Position numbers and translations under genes: made by a program. A stretch of 64,000 nt of DNA from an uncultured Thermoleophilia bacterium (GTDB lineage Bacteria; Actinomycetota; Thermoleophilia; UBA2241): positions 19,627 to 83,626 of the forward strand of contig CAVUBA010000037.1 in NCBI GenBank assembly GCA_963739595.1. Reading direction: 5' to 3'. Shown in pieces: positions 58,361 to 64,000 of this stretch. The number at the start of each line of letters is the position of its first letter. The stretch's first letter is position 1. Under the pieces are notes generated by a model that did no database searches, was not told the origin of the DNA, and was given only the letters and a program-made list of their open reading frames with translations.

Positions 58361-59869
58361 ATGACGAGCGACGACGTGTACATCGGCCTCGACCTCGGCA
58401 CGTCGAGCCTCAAGATCGTGGCGCTCGACGCCGAAGGACGGGCGTTCGCCTCCGACCGCGAGCCCTACGAGACGGCCCGGCCGGGCCCCGGCCGCGCCGA
58501 GCAGGACCCGTGGAGCTGGACGGAGGCGGCGAGGGCGGTGCTCTCGCGGTTCGCCGCCGAGGTCGCCCCGGAGCGCTGGCGGGCCATCGGCCTGTCCGGG
58601 ATGATCCCCACCGTCGTCACCCTGGGTGAGGACGGACTGCCCACCGGTCCCGCCTTCACCTGGGAGGACTGCCGCGCCCACGACGAAGCTGCGGAGATCG
58701 TCTGGCAGGCCGGCGCCCGAGAGACCTACCAGCAGACCGGACAGCCGCTCGACGGCCGCTACCTGCTGCCGATGTTCGCCTGGATGCAGCGGCACGATGC
58801 GGCGAGGGCAGAACGCACGGCGACCCTCATGAGCGCCAAGGACTACCTGTTCCTGTGGCTCACCGGCCACGTGCTCACCGATCCGAGCACGGCGACCGGC
58901 TACGGCTGCTACGGGCTGGAGACGGGCGCGTGGCTGCCGCACCTCGCGGCGGTGGCCGGCGTCACGCCGGCCGGCGGCCGTGCGGGCAGGCCCGGCCTGC
59001 CGCCGATCGTGCCCTCCGCCGAGACGAGGCCGCTCCTGCCGGAGCTCGCGGCGGCGCTGGGCCTCCCGGCCGGCTTGCCGGTCTGCGCCGGCGCCGCCGA
59101 CTCGGTGCTCGCCGCCGAGGCGGTCGGCGCCGTCACCCCCGGCACGGTGGCCTACGTCTGGGGCACCAGCACGGTCATCCTCGGCGCCAGCGCGGAGCCG
59201 ACGCTGGACCCCGACCGGCGCTGCCTCGTCACGCCGCTGGCGATGGACGGCTGGGGCATCGAGATGGACCTCGTCAGCACCGGCGCCGCCGTCGCCTGGC
59301 TGGCCCGCCTGCTGGGCTTCGGCCCCGGCGGCCAGGCCGACGTGGTGGCCGCCGCGGCGACGGCCAGGGACGGCGGCGTGCCCATCGCGCTGCCGTTCGT
59401 CGGCGTCGGCGAGCAGGGCGCGCTCTGGGACAACGACGTGCGCGGCACCCTCATCGGTCTCGACCTCTCGCACGGCCCGGCGGACGTCGCCCGCGCGGTG
59501 CTCGACGGCATCATCCTCGAGAGTCACCGCTGCCTGGCGCGCCTGCAGGGCCTCGGCCTGCCGGCCGGCGAAGTGCGCGTGGCGTGGCGCGGGGCCGACC
59601 CGTGGTTGTGCCGGCGCCTCGCCGACGCGACCGGCCGGCCGGTGCTCGTCGGCGACCCGGTCGAGACCTCGTCGGCGGCCGGCGCGGCGCGCCTGGCGGC
59701 GGTCGCCGCCGGCGCCGATCTGCCGCCTGCGGGTTCGACCGACGCCCGCTACGAGCCCGACCCGGCGCAGACGGCCGTGTGGGACCGGCGCCGGCAGGAG
59801 TACGAGGACGCGCTCCGGCCGCTCAGGCGCCTCTACAGCGTGTGGCCGCCCAAGAGCAAGGAGTGGTGA
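58361..59869 (+). CDS. FGGY-family carbohydrate kinase
   Basis: VYIGLDLGTSSLKIVALD (N-terminal phosphate-1 motif), ...GAADSVLAA..., 502 aa, intact. Confidence 0.85.
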   Translation: MTSDDVYIGLDLGTSSLKIVALDAEGRAFASDREPYETARPGPGRAEQDPWSWTEAARAVLSRFAAEVAPERWRAIGLSGMIPTVVTLGEDGLPTGPAFTWEDCRAHDEAAEIVWQAGARETYQQTGQPLDGRYLLPMFAWMQRHDAARAERTATLMSAKDYLFLWLTGHVLTDPSTATGYGCYGLETGAWLPHLAAVAGVTPAGGRAGRPGLPPIVPSAETRPLLPELAAALGLPAGLPVCAGAADSVLAAEAVGAVTPGTVAYVWGTSTVILGASAEPTLDPDRRCLVTPLAMDGWGIEMDLVSTGAAVAWLARLLGFGPGGQADVVAAAATARDGGVPIALPFVGVGEQGALWDNDVRGTLIGLDLSHGPADVARAVLDGIILESHRCLARLQGLGLPAGEVRVAWRGADPWLCRRLADATGRPVLVGDPVETSSAAGAARLAAVAAGADLPPAGSTDARYEPDPAQTAVWDRRRQEYEDALRPLRRLYSVWPPKSKEW

Positions 59870-59875
59870 GGGGCC

Positions 59876-60673
59876 TCAGTAGTAGAGGTCGCTCGGCCCC
59901 TTGTACTCCTGGATCGTGTTGCCGCCGTCGACCACGACGAGCTGGCCGGTGATGTAGCTGGCGTCGTCGCTGCCGAGGAAGCACACCAGCTTGGCGACCT
60001 CCTCGGGGAACGCGGAGCGGCCCATCGGCGTGTTGAGGCCGCCGACGTCCTCGCCGTCCGCCTGCGAGCCGGTGGCGATCCAGCCCGGGCCGACGGCGTT
60101 GACGGTGATGCCGTGCTTGGCGACGTCGAGCGCGAGGCCGCGCGTCATGCCGAGCACGCCGGCCTTGGCGGCGCAGTAGGCGGCCTCATCCGGGTTCGCG
60201 ACGACCGGTCCGGTCACGGAGCTCATGTTGACGATGCGGCCGTAGCCCCGCTCGATCATGCCCGGCACGACGCTGCGGGTGACGTTGAACTGGGTCTTGA
60301 GGTTGATGGCGATGCCGAAGTCCCACGCGTCCTCGCTCAGGTCCTGGAAGGCGGTGAAGTCCTCCTCCTGCCCGAAGACGACCATGCCGGCGTTGTTGAC
60401 CAGCACGTCGATGCGGCCGTGGCACTCGATCGCCTCGGCGACCATGGCCTTGACCTGGTCCATCCTGGTGAGGTCGGCGGTGTGCGAGCTCACGGTGGCG
60501 CCGAGCTCCCGCAGCTTCTCGGCGCAACCGTGCACGGCGTCCGCGATGTCGCAGATGGCGAGCAGCGCGCCCTCCTCCGCGAGGACTCTTGCCGTCGCGA
60601 ACCCGATGCTGTCCTGCTTCGCGACGCCCGTGACGAGAGCGACCTTGCCCTCCACCCTGCCTTTGCGTGCCAT
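59876..60673 (-). CDS. SDR-family oxidoreductase
   Basis: KVALVTGVAKQDSIG, NNAG, and YCAAK (YxxxK). Intact. Confidence 0.85.
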   Translation of the reverse strand: MARKGRVEGKVALVTGVAKQDSIGFATARVLAEEGALLAICDIADAVHGCAEKLRELGATVSSHTADLTRMDQVKAMVAEAIECHGRIDVLVNNAGMVVFGQEEDFTAFQDLSEDAWDFGIAINLKTQFNVTRSVVPGMIERGYGRIVNMSSVTGPVVANPDEAAYCAAKAGVLGMTRGLALDVAKHGITVNAVGPGWIATGSQADGEDVGGLNTPMGRSAFPEEVAKLVCFLGSDDASYITGQLVVVDGGNTIQEYKGPSDLYY

Positions 60674-60824
60674 GCTGTCTCGCTCCCTTGGCGTGGTCTG
60701 CACGCGGCGGCCGCCCGCCGGTGATGGTCGAGGAGCATGCTATGCCCGGCGCCTGAGAGAGCCAAGGCCGGCGTGCCCGGCCGCGTTTGGAGCACGCGCG
60801 GCCCACACAGGTGATATCCTCCCG

Positions 60825-60858
60825 AAACTCCCGGAAACTGCCAACGACGTGGGAGTTT
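60825..60858. promoter_or_regulatory. 8-bp inverted repeat upstream of the multi-GAF gene
   Basis: aaactccc-N18-gggagttt in the least GC-rich part of the 250-nt intergenic region. It overlaps a gaaact-N4-gaaact direct repeat. Confidence 0.2.
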
Positions 60859-60926
60859 TGGTCAAGCTTCTTGAGGATACTGCCGATGCACGGAGGATCA
60901 GCGGGCGCTGTGGAAGGGGATCGGTA

Positions 60927-63900
60927 GTGGCCACCGTGAGAGAGGGGTCAGAGGCCGTGTGGCTGCGCGTCGGAGACGTGGCGCACCTGCTCGGGGTGAG
61001 CCCGAACACGGTGCGCCGCTGGACCGACGTAGGCCGGATCGCCGCCCACCGGAGCCCCGGCGGCCACCGCCGCTACCTCGCCGACGACGTCCTCGCCCTC
61101 CTGCCGCGCGACGAGGGCGAAGGCACCGCGCAGCCCGGCGACTTCGCCAACCTGCGCCGGCAGACGCAGGACCTGCGCTTCACGCTGCAGGCCGGGCTGG
61201 ACCTCATGTCGCTGCTGGCCGATGACCCTCACGCGGTGCCGGCCGAAGCCGCACGCATCCTTTGCGGTCTCACGGGGGCGCCACGCTGCGACGTCTACTT
61301 CACCGACGACGACAAGCTGCGGCTGGCCGTCTCCCTCGACGGCGGCGAGCTCGACCCCGGCCGCCTCGGCGCGGCCTGGACCACCGCCGACTGGGCGCCG
61401 GCGGAGGGCGACCCGGCGTCCGCGCCCGTGACCTGCCTGCAGGCCACCGACAAGGGCCTGAGCCGGCGCGCCCGGCTGGCGATGCAGCGGCGCGGCTGCC
61501 GCTCTCTCGCCTGGGCCCCCCTGGTGCTGCGCGGCAAGCTCGTCGGAGCGATCGAACTCAGCGACGCCGGCGACCGCGACTTCTCCCGGCACGCCGACGT
61601 GCTCGAGGGCATCGCGCGGGTGTGCGCCGAGGCGGTCGCGATCAGACGCACGGTCGACGAGCTCGCGCACCGCGACAAGAGCGTGCGCGAGCTGGTCGAG
61701 CTCTCGCGGGAGGTCGCGCAGACCCACGACTTCGAGCGGTTCGTCCTGCGCTTCGCGCAGCGGCTGCTCACCGCCACCAACGCCGACTGCGTGGACGTGT
61801 GGCGGGCGAACGGCGGCGTGATCCGCTCGGTCGTCAGCTGCACCCGCGACGGCGCCGACCCCAGTCTCCGCGACACCGTCCTCGACACCGGCCGCTATCC
61901 CTCCCTGGAGCGGACCCTCCTCGACCACACGCCGCTGGCGATCGCCGATCTGCGCGACGAGCGCCTGGGCGGCGACCGAGGTGGACCTCATGCGCGGCTG
62001 GGGCTACGAGAGCTCGGTCACCATGCCGCTCGTGGCCGGTGGCGAGCTCGTCGGACTGGTGGACCTCTACGACGACGCGGAGCGCGACTGGGACGCCGAC
62101 CTCGAGTTCCTCACCAGTGTGTGCCAGCTGGTCGCCGGCGTCTTCGACAGTACGGCGCTCCTCGACGAGGCCAGAGAGATCGCCCGGCTGCGCGAGGAGC
62201 TGATCGAGCTCGGCGCCGACCTCGCCGGCGCAGAGGCGCCCGCGGACATCGCCGAGCGCGCCGCGACACGCCTCCGCAGCGCGGCGCAGTGCACGGACTG
62301 CGACATCTGGTGGCTCGAGGAGGGGTATCTGCGCTGCCTCGCCAGCGTCGACGACGACGGCGTCGACGAGAGCGTACGCGGCAACATCCTGCACCTCGAC
62401 TACTACCCGTCCACCCAGCAGGCGATCCAGGACCGCGAGATCCTGGTCGTCAGTTCGCTCGATCGACGATCGGTTGACCGACTACGAGCGTGAGGACTAC
62501 CGCGAGTACGACTTCCACAGCACGGTCGCCGTGCCGCTGGTGAGCAACGACCAGGTCGTCGGCCTCATCGATCTGTTCGACGTGCGCGAGCGCGACTACA
62601 ACGACGTGCGCTGGTTCCTCCCGGAGGCGGGGCGCACCGTCGGCGACGCGCTGCGCAACGCCGACCTGCTCGCCGGGCTGCGCCGCGGCAACACGGCGCT
62701 CCGCGAGCTCGTGGAGCTGGGGGACCGCCTCAACGAGGCCGGCACGCTCGAGGACCTCGCCAGGGCCGTGGCCGAGCGGCTGCGCTCCGTCCTCGCGGCC
62801 GAGGATTGCGACATCTGGCAGGTGGACGGCGGCGTGCTCCGCTGCCTCGCCAGCGTGGACAGCCGCGGCTGGGACTCCGACGAGGTCGGGTCGGAGCGAG
62901 AGCTGGCGGCGTACGAGGCCACCGTGGCGGCCCTGGCCGCCGACGAGCCCATGGTCGTCGGCGACCTCGCGAGCACCGACCTCAGCGAGACCGAGATGGA
63001 AGCGTACCGCCGCTGGGGCTTCCGCAGCATGGTCTCGCTGCCGCTCGTGGTGGACGGCCGCCCCATCGGGCTCATCGACATCTTCGACACCAGGGTGCGG
63101 GACTACACCGTGCACCTCGACCTCATCCGCAACGTCGGAAGGCTGCTGTCGGGCTCGTTCGAGAAGGCGATGCTCGTCGAGCGTCTCGAGAGCGGCAACC
63201 GCCGCATGGCGCTGATCAGCGAGTCGGTGCTGGAGTTGACCAGCAGCCTCGACCTGCAGGCGACGCTGCTCGCCACCGCACGTCGCCTCTGCGTCGGCGT
63301 CGGCGTCAACGAGTGCGAGATCACCGTCATCGAAGGCGATCAGCTGCACACCCTGATGCGCGTCAGCGAGGGTGAGGTGGACGAGGAGTGGATGGGGCAG
63401 CACCTGCCGCTGGCCGACGCCGCCGTGACGCGAGAGGTGATCGAGACGAAGCGGCCGACGGTGGTCGGGTCGCTGCGCGACCCGCGGCTCACGCCGGCCG
63501 TCCTCGACATCAACCGGGACTCCGAACTCAAGAGCTGGGTCACTCTGCCGCTGATCGTCAAGGACCGCGTCATCGGCACGGTGGAGCTGGTCGAGAGCGG
63601 CGCCGAACGGACGTTCACGAAAGCCGAGCTGGACACGGCCGCGGCGATCTGCCACGCCGCGGCGCTCGCCATCGACAACGCGGCGCTGTTCGCCCGCGAG
63701 CAGCAGACGACGCGCGAGACGCAGCTGCTCAACGACATCGCCGCGCGGACGGCCGCCAGCCTCGACCTCGAAGAGGTCGTCAAGGCGGCCGTCGACGAGC
63801 TCGGCCAGCTGATGGCGTTCGAGGAGTACGGCCTGCTCCTGCTCGAGGGCGCGAGGGTGGGACAGGTCATCGGCTCGCGCCCGGCGGCCGAGGCGCTCGT

Positions 63901-64000
63901 CGGCCTGGAGCTCGACGACTTCGAGCCCGGGCTCATCGAGCGCATCGCGACCGAGGGCGTGATCGTCGTGCGCCTGCCCGAGGACCTGCCGCCGCTCGCG
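60927..64000 (+). CDS. Large regulator: N-terminal MerR/excisionase-type HTH followed by at least six tandem GAF domains; two frame changes; 3' end beyond the window
   Basis: The GTG follows GGAAGGGGA. LRVGDVAHLLGVSPNTVRRWTDVGRIAAHRSPGGHRRY is an HTH_17-like motif. Blocks of about 155 aa then each end in a GAF-type strand pair (..LVLRGKLVGAIELSD, ..MPLVAGGELVGLVDLYD, ..VPLVSNDQVVGLIDLFD, ..LPLVVDGRPIGLIDIFD, ..LPLIVKDRVIGTVELVE). Changes at about 61975 and about 62465. Confidence 0.75.

Overview
Very GC-rich bacterial chromosomal segment. Third codon positions are almost all G/C and the gene content looks Actinomycetota-like, but the taxon cannot be assigned from sequence alone.

Layout:
1. 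1-2.6 kb: minus-strand rpmH-rnpA-yidD-yidC-jag cluster. A DUF4388/zinc-ribbon gene, not dnaA, sits on the divergent side.
2. 3.7-13.4 kb: housekeeping mix (GalT-family, rlmN, UPF0210+ACT pair, PAP2, M28 peptidase, ychF, GNAT, HdeD).
3. 13.4-26.2 kb: potassium block. It holds the kinase half of kdpD with kdpE, then kdpFABC, a separate KdpD-N/Usp gene, and a P-type ATPase translationally coupled to two TrkA/RCK genes.
4. 26-35.6 kb: accessory mix. GNATs, a non-Pyl MttB-family methyltransferase, a secreted repeat protein with an ABC-2 exporter, ferritin, a GreA-like factor, a membrane-anchored beta-lactamase-fold protein and a secreted CxxCH/Ig-like protein.
5. 35.7-40.4 kb: tRNA-Sec (selC), with an exact 29-nt copy of its 3' end 4.6 kb away. 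The two copies bracket a gene-poor, less GC-saturated island. The island carries a PAS-GGDEF gene, zinc-ribbon ORFs (one with an in-frame TGA), four near-identical GC hairpins and a 20-nt arm repeat.
6. 40.5-60.7 kb: transport and catabolic genes. Two family-5 SBPs, saccharopine dehydrogenase, a COG3199 kinase, gcvPA/PB, SDRs, an M20 peptidase, a truncated SIS gene, a class III aminotransferase, GntR, an APC permease and an FGGY kinase.
7. 60.9 kb to the end: an HTH protein with at least six tandem GAF domains.

Cross-cutting issue: about 50 reading-frame changes are needed to read about 27 recognisable genes. Nearly all have the sign expected of a single inserted base, so insertion-biased assembly error is the likeliest cause. 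The fragmented ORF-track pieces and the long antisense ORFs are therefore artefacts.

No rRNA, CRISPR array, transposase or recognisable defence gene was seen. The best second-look target is the selC-linked island. I cannot show that it encodes a new system.
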